Shown here piece after piece: positions 38,175 through 50,445 of a DNA stretch of 64,000 nt. The notes beneath the pieces are model-generated. The model ran no database searches. It saw nothing but the letters and a program-made list of their open reading frames with translations, and had not been told where the DNA came from. Within the stretch, counting starts at the first letter, position 1. Every line of letters starts with the position of its first letter. The stretch is from Macrostomum hystrix (lineage: Eukaryota > Animalia > Platyhelminthes). The DNA lies in the NCBI GenBank assembly GCA_950097015.1, contig CATNEN010000001.1:7130001-7194000 (forward strand), written 5' to 3'. A program made the position numbers and the translations under genes.

Positions 38175-41100
38175 CAGTTATGGGTTCGATGGCATCCGAA
38201 TATTCAGACCTCACTCGTTGGCTAATTTTCCTGTTGGAGCCTGCGCCGCTTGAATCAGTGCCGCTAAAACCGGCCTCGTCCAAATTGGCCGAGCTGACTT
38301 GCTGGCGACTCACCTTGCGTGCGTGGCGACGCAGCTCTCGGGCTCCCTCGTCGCTGCCGGTGGACACAGCGGACAGCTTCTTATTGGCATGGTGATGTTG
38401 TGACAGACTGCGAATAAGTTTTTGTGGCAAGAAATTTAGTTTCATATGAGAGTATTCCATTTTCGTTCCTATCAACAGATTAACAATTTCAACCCTGAGA
38501 CCTACTGTTACCCAAACTCCAGATTTATTAAGTGTCAAAATCTGACAGATTACAGAATGAAGCTCTATCTACAGACCTACAACTGACCTACAAATTATAT
38601 GTGTAATTCATTAGTGGTTATTTTGCGAGCTTTTATTTTCATCATAATCTTACCGAGGCGCAGGCAGAGTTTCAATCTCATCGGAGCGGTCAAAAGCGGC
38701 ATTGCGATTCTCCGATTGAACACTCTCTGCATCGTCCTACAAAATTACGAAAAAACTGTTTAATATTTTGAGGCACTCTTTGACGCACAAAAAATCGAAG
38801 AAGGATAACATCTTCATTTTATAGCTCTCACCTCAACCAGTTCTTGGTACAGTGTTGAAAGGGCGTGAATCACAGCGTCGTGAACGGTGACAAACAGGCC
38901 GCCCTCTTCGCTCCGCTTAGAAAAGAAATTGGCTTTCCGCAGCTGCGATCGGACCAACGAGTTGCAGCCGCACAGATAGATTTCCACTCCGATTTTGTTA
39001 AAGTCGTCAACAATCAGAGACAACAGCCGAATTCCGACTGCGTCAGTGAAGGCGCAGGCTGACAGGTCGAAGATGATACAGAAGACATTGACTGTGGGTT
39101 CGTTTCCGTCGTCTCTGTCGTCGTCGATGTTGGGCTCGACTCTTCCATAGTTGTTTGTGTTGCTTCCGTACAGCTCATCAGTGGAGCCCTGAGCATGTTG
39201 GCGGGCCATTTCACTCTAAAATAACAAGGGAGCAAGCCAAGTGTGAAGTCGTTTCTGTAGCGAAAAAATTAAGCACTTTTGATTTTGTAACTTTTGCAGC
39301 TACAGACAAATAGGCGAAGTTATAGACAAACTAATTGATTGTGTTAGATGTTTAGGGTCTGTCTAAAATGAGGCAATTACTTTGCCTTCTCGTCATGCGT
39401 TGCTAGGCAAATACTCTATCAAAAAAGTTGATCTGCGTGCCTTTTGACACACAGCTTAGCCGTGTTTGCCCTTTAGTTCAGCTCATTGCTTGCTGAAGAT
39501 CGAGTTTACGTGTACACCACATACACCGCATCATGGTTTGAACTGCTTGGTCAATTTCAATGCTGGGTGCGTCATAGAATTTCGGCGCAATTTAAGCGCT
39601 TACATGCGTGACGTTGTCCAAGAGGTAACTATGACTGGATCGAACTGAGAGAATATATAGTCTTACCGGATGACTGCCCTCGGCCCAGACAGTGTCCAAC
39701 ACCTGTTTGACAGCCTGCTTATCCACAACTTCCGTGCGAATGTCCACATTGCCGTCTGCGTTTCCCGCTCGCTTGGCGTGAGCCTTGGCCTTGGCCAGAA
39801 TCTTCTTCGGGTTCATGGCTACCTGGCGGAATAGGCGTCTACGGAAGTTCTCGGCGCTGGCAAAGTACAGAGCGCCATCGAATTTGAAAACTCGAACGCC
39901 CGCGATTTCTTCGACCTTTTGATGAGAGAAAATAACAAAAAACGATTGTACACAAACTACTACATTAGTTGACTTACGAGTACAATCTTTAAGGATAGAT
40001 TAGAAACTAAAGAAATATTTAAGAAATTAAGGGGTAAAAACTAGCTTATGGGAATAGCTTTTAAACGGGAATAGCTTGTAATTAAGCATGTTACTATCAG
40101 CCAGAGACAGAATATGAGTGGTAGAGCGGTAAACGCGTCTGCTTCTCAAGGTCCCTGAGCTCGATTCCGCGGTGAGGCCACATTCATTTTGGAGGAAGCC
40201 ACGGAGAGAAGGCTTGAGGGCTTGTCGTGTAATCTACGCCCTTGAGGGCCAACCTCCAAGACACAGTGAATTGTACACTGCCTGACGATGAGATAGTCAA
40301 GGCAGATATACACACTTGTGTGAGTGTGTGCTCAGGAGTCAAGAGGAATGGGCAGATTTGCCTCCTCGCTGGCTGCGGGTCTAGTGTGACCAAATGATGT
40401 GCCATTGCCCGCAGCCCTCCTGCAATTTTTCTTATCAGCCAGACAGTAGGACAGTTAGCAACCTAGAACAAGAAAATCGTATCGTTTATGGGAAGGAATT
40501 AATTTTTCTCTTTCGAGCAGCATGGGCAAGAGTTAATTGTTAATAAATGATAAATTATTTCATCTGCTGAACTTCGATGGATTTTGGCACAAAGGTAAGG
40601 AAACTCACGCCTTTGATCTTCTTGACATTCTTATAGATGTCTGTCTCGGGCACACGGCCAAGCAGGTAGGCTTTCGGCGCCTGGGTGCGGAAGATCACAG
40701 TTGCCAACGAGAAAATGACGCCGATTAGCAGACCGATTGGCAGGTCTAGGCCAAGGATTGTGCCGAGAGTGACCACCCAGATGGCCTAGAAAGAAATCAG
40801 ATGTATTAATATTTAGCATAGAGCTCACGATATTAAAACTGGAGGACAGCTGCCCACCAAGCCATGCGCAAAGTGCTCACAAAATCGTAACGGTTGGTTC
40901 TCCACAATCTGGGTAGCTGGTCGAATTGCAGCATCATATTCTTCAGATTCACCAAGATAATACCAGACAGGACACACTGCAATAGAAAAAAATCAAAATC
41001 TTTCCTTGCTCTAATGTATTTTCGTGAACAAAGAGTACTATCGAACTACAAAGACTCACCTTTGGTACCGGAGAAAATATTGGAGCAAATGTCAGAATGC

Positions 41101-44100
41101 CAATCAGTGTGATTATGACAGCGTAGAGTGAGTACAGCTGAAAGATACCAGTTTTTGCTTAGCAACGATTAGCTGAACAAATAAGTATAGTTGTTGAGAT
41201 TTTTCAATATTTTACCAGTGTTTTGCCGCGCATCGACTCGTGCAGCGAGGTGCAAGCGATAGACGATGCCGAGACGAAAGTGCTGAACCAGCTCATGCCA
41301 AAGTTCACAGCGCCGTAGGCGATCATCTCCTGATTAGAGTCCACTTCGTAGCCGTATCGCACTGCGAATGTCTTGGCCACAGATACCGACAGTGAGTAGG
41401 ATATGATGCCGAGCACAAGGCCGTTGACTATGATACCAGAGCCGCTTGTAAAGTGCTCAACCGGAGGAGCTTGCGGTGCGCGAAATCTTAGAATAAAAAC
41501 GGAAAATAACGATGGAGCGATGATTAGCAATGCAAAAACCAGTTGAGGGATAATTTAATAATTAAATGGGTAGAAAATTGATTGACTAGTAAAACTGACA
41601 AAAATATTTGAAAATATCTGAAAATTATTTTTGCTAGAAAAACTTACTTGGTTTTTGGTTAACCGAATTGTAACATACTTTCCCCTTTTTTCCTTGTCAT
41701 TCTTTGTTCCTTTTTGTTTCTTCGTTTTTCTCTCCCTCACTAGAAGGCTTTCGTAGATTTTTATAGATTATTCCTTTTAAATCTGATTGGCTGTTGCGTG
41801 TTTAAAGACCCTCACCCAATCGCGCGTTAGAGGTTTTCGTACCCCACTAGTGCGTTGTGATTGGTTGGGTGGCCGACTGTTCTCTTGTTGACCCCCTTTC
41901 CACCCGTATGCTTTTCTATTAATTTAATTCGCTGTTTCGCAAAAAGGAGACTAACTTTCGTTTTCTTTTTTGCCAAATTTCTCGTCTAATTTGCGCACAC
42001 GGCTACAGAACGATAAAAACAGAAAAGAATCGCGGTTAGCGGTTGATAAAACGGTAGATAACCGATTGACTCGGCAAACATTGATACATTTTTTAGAGAA
42101 TCGATAAATCAATAAAATTAAATAGAAGCGATAGATAATATAGAGAATTACTATCCAGATTTCGTAGAATTGATTGATAAAGTTTGTAGAGAATCAATAA
42201 ATATATTTTATGCATTCATCAGTAGAAATATTAATACAAATGCGAATTTTACCCAGCTCAAAAAACGATCTCACCCTGCTTCAATTTCGCCAACAGTAGC
42301 GATTTTAAGGTTCGTTTTCCATTGCAAAAACTGTGACAGAAGTAAACTTGCCACCAGCTGAAGAATTCAATAAAATAAGCGCAGGATTTTTAGCTATACG
42401 GTAAATTTAATTTTATTCTAGCTCCACATGCTATCGATTTTACTTACCACAATGATATCTATCGGAATAGGAATCTTTACATATTTGGAGCAGCGTTCAT
42501 TCACCAGCTTGATGGCTAGGAGCAGAGCAAATGACAACAGAAACACCAGAATTGTCGGCAAATTCACATCGGACGTCAGAATTCTATCGCCGGCCTCATA
42601 AAAGTACTGTTGGGTGAATTAAAACCGATTAACTCTACATAAATAATAAGTACGATAAAAGTCAATAATCGATTAACACAAAAATCAACAAACTAAAAAA
42701 CTGCACATACGTTTTTGAACCGCGAAACTTATTTGCGGTATTAAAACCGTATTTGAATTCGGAATTTAGACGTCAGATATTTTTAACTCAATGTTCATTT
42801 TAATTAATTGGGTTTATTTTGAACGGCGATTAAGTCGTCAAAACGCCGATTAAAAAAAACGATTTAAAAAACGGAACTCACTCAAACATGTTCCAGGAGA
42901 CTCTTACCAGGAAGAATTTGCCCATTCCACCAATGGGAGCAATGTTGGTGCCGAGTATATTAGCCAACTGACTGCTCAGAATATGCAAAGCTGCGCCGCA
43001 GGTGAACGCGCTATTCAACGGATCCGACAGGTAGATAGTTAGAAACCCGAATCGTAAAAGTCCCATGAGTAGTTGAACGGCCCCGGCGACCATTGTGATC
43101 GTGATGGACACCAGGGTGTTTGCGTCGTCTCTGGAGATACACTTGCCTGGATCTAGCATTAATTAAAGATTTGACGATTAAGTAGCCTTTTAATCTGATT
43201 AAAATGAACACGAACTGTTACATAAAATAAAACTGCTCATTTATTGGATGTTCGACTGGCTTCTTCTAAGCATGGAGTATGTTGTCTACGCTCGTATGGT
43301 TCAAACGGTCCAGGAACCCATTAAATGATATAATGGGCTCGGAGTTCAGACATTTTGAACCGTAGACAACATTATTCCAAACTTAAAAGATGAGAAGGAG
43401 CATTCAAGAAATAAGCAATCGGATTTTGTATACCAATATTGGTATAATAGGCGCTACGCGCCTCAACGTTTTACCTCGCTTCAGCCCTCTGCAGCCTATC
43501 AATATTGGTATATTGTACAGTTAGCGGGCATGAAATGCGTTTCACGGCCCGCCCGCTGTGCATATCTATGGAATTCGACCATAGACAACAGCAGAGGGCG
43601 GGCTGCCGTTAGTTTCAACCTCGTTTCAATATGCGTAGGCTAACTACAAAACGCAGTTTGATTTATCATAATCTATGTTTAAAAAGTCATCGGCCCCATT
43701 CAATTGTCCTCGGCTCGCCAGTGGCGTAGCCAGGATTTTTGTCTGGGGAGCCCCGCCTCCTGGGGGGCGCCACTACTGGGGCGCCACTACCAGGGGTGCG
43801 CCCCTACGAGAGGGCCCCACAATCAGAGGGGCGCCACTACCAGGGAGACGCAGGGACAGATCGTTAGCCGATTAGGAGGTCCTCCTTCCTCCCCTTTGGC
43901 TACGCCACTGCGTTTCGCTTCGCTCGCCTTGATAAAATTGAACTCAGCCTTTCTAACCAAGGACTTTCTAACTACAGCGTTTGATTTAAGCGGCGTTTAT
44001 CATATGCATAAAGTACTTCCGAGTTGTCTAGTATAGGAGAATACGACAAAAAACTCGACGCAGCATTAAGTAAACACAATTACCTAGCGTAGTTTCTAAC

Positions 44101-45700
44101 CCGGACAAGTTCATGGTTGTGGTTATGAGAGTGGTCGTCGTTAAAGTGCTATTAAAGTTCGGCGACAGAGTGGTAAGGGTGTCGTTTAGGTCGTCGCACA
44201 GTCCGGCTCCGTTCGGGTACGCCTGATCGACTCCAGCGCGGACGGCTTCTCCAACAAGCAGCGAGACGGCGCCCTGGCTGGCTGCAATACAATAAAATTA
44301 CTGACAAGTTGGCAAAAAACTTCGCAATCCTGCTAAAAACTATTCTGAGTTTTTAGATACTGCCCCAGTGCATCGTCGATTTCGGCCGCATTCATTTGGG
44401 ACACAGCAGAGCTTGGGTTTTCACCACACGGATGGTGAATCGGACCCACGGACCCACGACTTTCAAACTGTTGGGGGTTCGATTCCCGACTCCACTGAAA
44501 CACTCAACTCTGAGTTGCTTCAGTTCACCCAGCTGTTATATACTTGCAGGTACCAGCATCAGCTGGGGTAACTGAGGGTGGATGTGGCGTCCCACCAGTC
44601 CATGGACTGAACAGCCGTACGCAGCCTTCAGATGCGCCACGCAACAGCTGCGGCTGTGCTATCGGCTGCACATCCGCCAAATAGCCCCACAGCCTGCTTT
44701 TATTGTATTAGAATTACATATTTTTGGGATGCAAAGAAAGTAATAAATGAATACTCGGATCTTTCAACGCCACTTAACAAAAATAAGAATTGCAGGAGCG
44801 CTGTGGGCAATGGCGCATCATTTGGTGACACTAGACGCGCAGCCAGCGAGTAGGCAATTCTGCCCATTTCTCTTGACTCCTGAGCGCACACGCACACAGA
44901 TACCGTACGCAGGCCCACACTCACACAGGTGTGTACATCTGCCTTGACTTTCTCATCGTCAGGCAGTGTAAACTTTCACAGGCCCTCAACGGCGTAAATT
45001 ACACGACAAGCCCCCCAAGCCTTCTCTCCGCGTCTGCGCCCCAAATGAATGTGGCCTCGCCGTGGAATCAAGCTCAGGGACCTTGGCGCGAGAGGCAAAC
45101 GCGTTTACTGCTCTGCCACCGACCCTCAATTTTTCAATGCCACTTACACATGTTGAGGTGATTCGAAGTGCCAAAGATGAAGTAGATCAGCATAGCAAAG
45201 AATGCCGAATAGAATCCGAATTGGGGTTTCAAATTGGCCAGCAGCGAAAAGGCGATGGCTGAAATTTTTCAGGAATTAAAGTCGATAGATTTACAGTTTC
45301 CTGTCAATAATTCAATGATCTGCTTACCCTGCGGAATGATGAACAGGCCCACACTAATTCCAGAGAGCAAATCATAGACGGCGTACTCCTTGACCTTATA
45401 GTTGAGGAAGATCTTTATGACAGGGAAAACTTTGGTGAGGATTCCCAAAGCGATTGCACCGCTGCTTCTTGGCTCCTCGTTCTTTCCAATCTGCCGATTT
45501 TGAATGACGCGCTTCTTGTGCTTTCGCTTCTCCTCTTCGTCCAGTCGAATTGAGTAGGCTGCCTCCAGCTGCAACTCAGTGTAGGCCGGCCTCGGAGCGA
45601 TCTGCCTGGCGCTCTGTTGCTGACGCAGATCGTCCGGCAGTTGGTTGCGATGCTCGCTTAGTGAGGCTACGCTCGGCAAGCGCAGCTCCGGATCTGCCAT
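37775..45700 (-). CDS. SLC26/SulP anion transporter (prestin-like), paralogue A, 15 coding exons, with STAS domain
   Basis: Exons (-): 45700-45328, 45258-45148, 44281-44084, 43152-42908, 42606-42448, 42357-42275, 41486-41216, 41137-41060, 40976-40881, 40785-40609, 39915-39667, 39215-38832, 38736-38654, 38407-38032, 37918-37775 (TAG). Motifs: DLLSGISVGLFIIPQ, YFIFGTSNHL, GFLTIYLSDP..AFTCGAA, YEVDSNQE, FKFDGALYFAS, FDLSACAFTDAVG, FVTVHDAV; ends YEDSAL. Confidence 0.92.
40116..40436 (+). mobile_element. SINE family B copy
   Basis: Head gtggtagagcggtaaacgcg through tail gccctcctgcaatttt; possible duplication tatcagccagagacag on both sides. Confidence 0.75.
43719..43910. mobile_element. hAT-like MITE (192 bp) in an SLC26-A intron
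   Basis: TIR CAGTGGCGTAGCCA / TGGCTACGCCACTG; degenerate 8-bp TSD cggctcgc/cgtttcgc; internal GGGGCGCC repeats. Confidence 0.75.
44450..44700 (+). mobile_element. SINE family A copy
   Basis: ggggttcgattcccgactccac...cagttcacccagctg...cagatgcgcc. Confidence 0.75.
44785..45122 (-). mobile_element. SINE family B copy, full length
   Basis: Reverse complement of the 40116/59993 copies. Confidence 0.78.
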
Positions 45701-46892
45701 TGTGGCTGATGAAGAAATTCAACAACAAATGAGATTCACGTGTCTCTTTGGACTAAAAAAATCTTTTCAAACATTCTCTAGATGAAAAACTGTTTGAAAA
45801 CTTATTTAGCTTCGCCGAACGAGCGCATTTCAAGTCACAGTAAAAACACTTACAAATAACTAACCTTTTTCAATGAGTCAGTTGGAAGTCGCTGTTAGCT
45901 TGCTGTTGATGACTAATAAGTATTTCTGACAGAAAGATAAAAAAATATTTTTTTAAAGTCGATAAAGGTAAGGATTATCTAGAAAATCGGTGAGTTCTAG
46001 GTTGATAAAGAAAACACCGAATACACCCTTATAGGCGTTGCCACAGACACGAGTGAACTCAAACAGAAACGTCAACTATTTTGGCATTGCGCTCTGCGTT
46101 TTTTTTGTTATTTTCAATGCAACTATCTGTCTCCCTCGAACCCTATAGATATTTTACAACTTCGAATTTTGCCTTTAAAACTATCTTTATAAAGCTTCTG
46201 GAGGCCTCAAAAAGGCGCACAGCAGTTAACCACCAACCGAACTGATAAGACTGCTATGGTCAGGTAAAACTCTTTTTTAGAATTTTTCTCTTCTACGGTG
46301 CATTGGCTTCTACGGTTTCGCTCTTATTCTGAACGGCTACTCTTGTATCGGACAACGGAAAGCTTAACTGTACAGCTGTGATATCTTTCGCTAGCGTGAC
46401 GCCGACGTTCACACTGCGTGACCTAAGTCTCGACGTTGGCCCCAGAGACAAGATTAAGAGAAATTGAGAACAGCAAGAACTGGAATCAGCTAATTTAATC
46501 TACACGATTTATTTGTGTGGGGTTATCAGTGCCATGCAATAACGTCTGATGAATTCACATAGGCTGAAATTTAACTTGTACGTTTGAGCAATAAGAGTTT
46601 GAAATCCGAACAGACTACACTTAAACAGTTATGAGCAGGGAACTTTCCCTTTCTCTCTTGTTATCGGTCTTATCTCGGTTAGTTTTTCTCTGCCTGCAAG
46701 CATTTTTTATGTGGCTTTTGCACCAGCAGCGATTTTTACCGATTGCAAACATGTAATCTTGAGCTCAAGCAACTCAAGAATTTTTTAGAACCCAAAAACT
46801 TGCCTAAATTTTCTTCCAACTCTCTAGTTAGATAGTTTTATTGTGTCCAACCGGCGCTCGCTGATTGGGTATAAACACCCACCCCAGACACC

Positions 46893-47382
46893 GGTATACT
46901 CCCGATTCGCCGAATCCCGATTCGCCGAAATTCCTGACTCGCCGAATTCCCGATTCGCCGAAATTCCTGACTCGAATCCTGATTCGCTGAATCCTGATTC
47001 AATACATCTTACTTTATCATAAATTAAAATTAAACCACATAACCATTGCCTTCTTTGAGTGTTGGTCAAACATTGGAACTCTATTTCTATTGTATTGAAA
47101 TTAATTAAAAAACTAACCTAAATGAAATGCACTTTTTTGATTCATTAACTTGCTTCTAAACTTTATTAACTTTCTGGAACGTAGATTGAGTGAGCAAAGA
47201 AGAACGTCACACGTACTTCGGAAAAAGCAAAACTTGCTGGACATCCTTGTATAGAGCCGAAAGTAAAAGTGTAATGAGGTACGGTAGCTCAGCAAAAATG
47301 TTCTTAGCTATTTTTTCGGCAAAAAGGGAATTCGGCGAATCGGGATTCGGCGAATCGGGAATCGATGAATCGGGAGTAAACC
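46893..47382. mobile_element. MITE with GG..CC termini, subterminal (CCGATTCGCCGAAT)n repeats and a 9-bp TSD (Mutator- or Merlin-like)
   Basis: Left GGTATACTCCCGATTCGCCGAATCCC, right GAATCGGGAGTAAACC; direct repeat CCAGACACC at 46884-46892 and 47383-47391. Confidence 0.75.
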
Positions 47383-47389
47383 CCAGACA

Positions 47390-50300
47390 CCCACCCCTCC
47401 GCTTTGAGCTGGGTTGTATTTCAGCCGGCGCCCGCGTACTGCCCAGCCTTGTCTCTTCGCGCTGCGTGGTGTGAAATTTTTTTACTGCAATGGCTGAGCT
47501 TCCAATTGACCGGCTTACGGCTCGCCAGTTAAGAGACCGCCTGATTCAACTTGGCCTGCCTAGCAGCGGTCGCAAGCGTGTTCTGCAAGTCAGACTGGAA
47601 CAATCCAGTTTAGTCAGCCGAACCACACGCCGCGTGCAGCAAAGGTCAACCGCATCGGCCCAAGTCGAGGACGACGGCAGCACCTGCAGCGAAGAGGACG
47701 GCGAGGCGAACCCGGACCAGGCGAGTGATCTGGGAGGCGGCGACGACCTCGACCAGAGGATCGCCCGACAAAAGAAGCTTCTCCGCCTGAGAACGCTTCA
47801 GCGCCAAACAGCGGAGAACGAAGCCGAGCTTGGAAGGGCCGGCCAGCGCAGACAGAGTGGTAAGTCGACTAGCCTGATGCTGCTTAACCAAACCCTCAGT
47901 GCCCACGAGCCGGAGCAGCATCTGCCAGTGCCAGACTGGGAACTCCCCGGCAGCTACACCGAGCCAGCTGCCACCTCGAGGCCTCTGCTGGTGAGAGACT
48001 TCATCGATCGTGACTTCGAGGAGCCTGCGCCCCAATCAGCGAAGACTAGAGCCCGAACTGAGAACATCACGGCCGGTCAGTGGGTCGCAGGCAGCGGCCG
48101 CATCCTGCTGAGACTGCTCAACGACGGTGCCCTAGTCACAATGAGAAACGGCACCATAGATTTGAGTGAGCTGAAAGCCTATGTGCAGTACTGCGTAAAG
48201 TTCGGCGAGTTCATGCATCAGCCAGGGCTTCAGCCAGGCCGCCCTCAACGACTACGACGAAGACTTCAGGTTCCTGCAGCACCAGACCAGCGGCAGCTGG
48301 GAGCGGGAGTCGCTGCAGCTGCTGTCCAAGCACATTCTGGCGCCTAAATCCAATCCTGCTGGCAGTTCGACCTATTCGCGGCCTGGCTTCAAGTTCAGCA
48401 AAATGAGAAACCAGACAAGCGGCTTGGTCGGCCCAACCGACGCTGAAGGTCGGGAGCTGTGCGTCAAATTCAACCGAAACAGCTGCCACAGACGCGACTG
48501 CAAGTTCAGACACGCGTGCTCTGCCTGCTACGCGGCGCACCCGCGCCAGCTCTGCACGTCAAAAAACTAGATTGCGGCCGGCCGGGGGACTTGATCGACG
48601 GCCCAGCTGCACCGGCCGATTCTGACAATGTCGATCACCCGCTCCCCCCTGGCCGGCCTCAAGCTAAGCCCATCGAGTCCGTTGCCTTCTCTTCTGACCT
48701 TATCAGCGCCGCCTGGGATGCCGAGTTGCTCGGCGATCCCGATCGTGACTTCCTGCTGAACGGTGTCCGCAACGGCTTCCGCCTCACCTGCCCCAGCGCC
48801 CCTGACAATCAGCATAATAGCACTTTCTCTCAGAACTACTTCTCCGCTGACAGTAATCGACAACTGGTCGAGCAGCAGGTGCGGGAAGAAGTGGCCAACG
48901 GCCGTTATGTGAAAGTTAGCAACAATCCGGACGTCATCAGCGCCCTTGGTGCCATCCCGAAAGGGAGCAACAAGATCCGGCTGATCCACGACTGCTCGCA
49001 ACCTCCGGACCTCTCGCTGAACAGCCGTTTCTCCTCTGACTACCAGATCAAGTTTGAGACTGTCAGCCAGTTCACTGCCAAGCTGCAGCCGGGTTGGCTC
49101 ATAGCGAAGGTCGACTTGGCCAATGCTTGCCGTAGTGTCGAAATCAGTCCCCATAACTTCCGCTACACTGGTCTACAGTGGAAGTTCAGCGATCAACCGG
49201 GCCCGATGTACCTGTGCGACACAAGCCTGCCATTCGGCGCGGCAGCTTCAGTGGAAGTCTTCCACTCCACCGCCTCAGCCAGTCCATCAAGCGCATGATG
49301 CAGCGACACGGCTTCAGCAATATCAGGAGTTACCTCGACGACTTTGCCATGGCGGCAGAAACCGAGATCGCCTGCCAGCAAGCTCTGGACACTCTGCTTC
49401 ATCTGCTGCGGCGTCTAGGCTTCTCCATCAACTGGAGCAAAGTAGCTCCGCCGTGCACTAGGCTGGTGTACCTGGGCGTCATGATTGACACCAACAGCGG
49501 CCTGCTAGAGCTCCCAAAGGACAAGCTCGAGGTCACGAAAGCGCAGCTGCAATCCGCACTCTCGCACAAGCGCATCACCAAGCGCCAGCTCCAATCTCTC
49601 TGTGGCCGCATCAACTGGGTTTGCCAGGTCGTCCGTATCGGGAGGTGTTTCCTGAGGTCGCTCGTGCTGGAACTCAATAAGCTAAAGCAGCACTGCCACA
49701 AACTGCGCATGCACAACGATCTCGGCGAGACCATCCTCTGGTGGGTGGCCTGCCTGGCCAAAACCCCCAGCTGCCGCATTTGGAGGACCGCCGGGCCAGC
49801 CTGGGCAATCGAGTCGGACGCATCCAATTGGAGAGGCTGCGGCATCATCCGCGGCCCAGGCGTCACTAACTGGCTCATCATCGACTGGCAAGGCGATAGT
49901 CAGGAGCTCGAAACTCTGCACATCGATTTAAGGAGAGCCTCGCGCCCGTGTTCACGGCTCTGCACTTTCAACAACAGCTGCAAGCAGGAAGCAACCTGGT
50001 GATCTACTCGGACAGCACGGCCGCTGTCGGCGCCATCAACAAGGGCTCCTCGCCGAACCCGATTGTCAACACAGCCCTGCAGCAGCTCGCGCTTCTCGCA
50101 ACTCACCGCGATCTCGTTATCCAAGCCTTCCACGTGCCTGGGACGTTCCAGATCTTTGCGGACAGCGGCAGTCGCGCAGATGACACCAGCGAGCTGGCAA
50201 ATTTTCTGCTCCGGCTCTGCGGCACAGTGGACATTGAAACTGACAACCTTCATGAGCACACCCTATCGTACGTCGCACGCCAATTCCTTTCTTTGCTGAT

Positions 50301-50445
50301 CGCTCGCCTACGGTCCCTGGTTCGCACCTCAGCCGCCGCTACCACGAGCTCTGCAGCCTGGCCTTCGCAGGCACGACAGCGCGCTCCTACCGCTGCCAGA
50401 TTGCTTCCTGGCAACGCTTCTGTAAGCGAATGCGCATCGACATTC
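47390..50445 (+). mobile_element. Decayed tyrosine-recombinase (Ngaro/DIRS-type) retrotransposon: gag, RT/RNase H, start of YR; 3'-truncated
   Basis: gag 47490-48570 with N-terminal SAP-like motif and C-terminal C-x7-C-x4-C-x3-H finger; RT motifs GAIPK..IRLIHDCSQP..SLN, KVDLANA, LPFG, SYLDDF, YLG; RNase H ESDAS, IYSDS, ADSGSR; YR-like start LAFAGTTARSY; frameshift lesions near 48220, 49270 and 49930. Confidence 0.85.
48561..48658 (+). promoter_or_regulatory. Putative -1 programmed ribosomal frameshift signal (A AAA AAC plus stem-loop)
   Basis: Slippery heptamer immediately before the gag TAG; RT ORF in the -1 frame; GC-rich stem starts 8 nt downstream. Confidence 0.65.
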
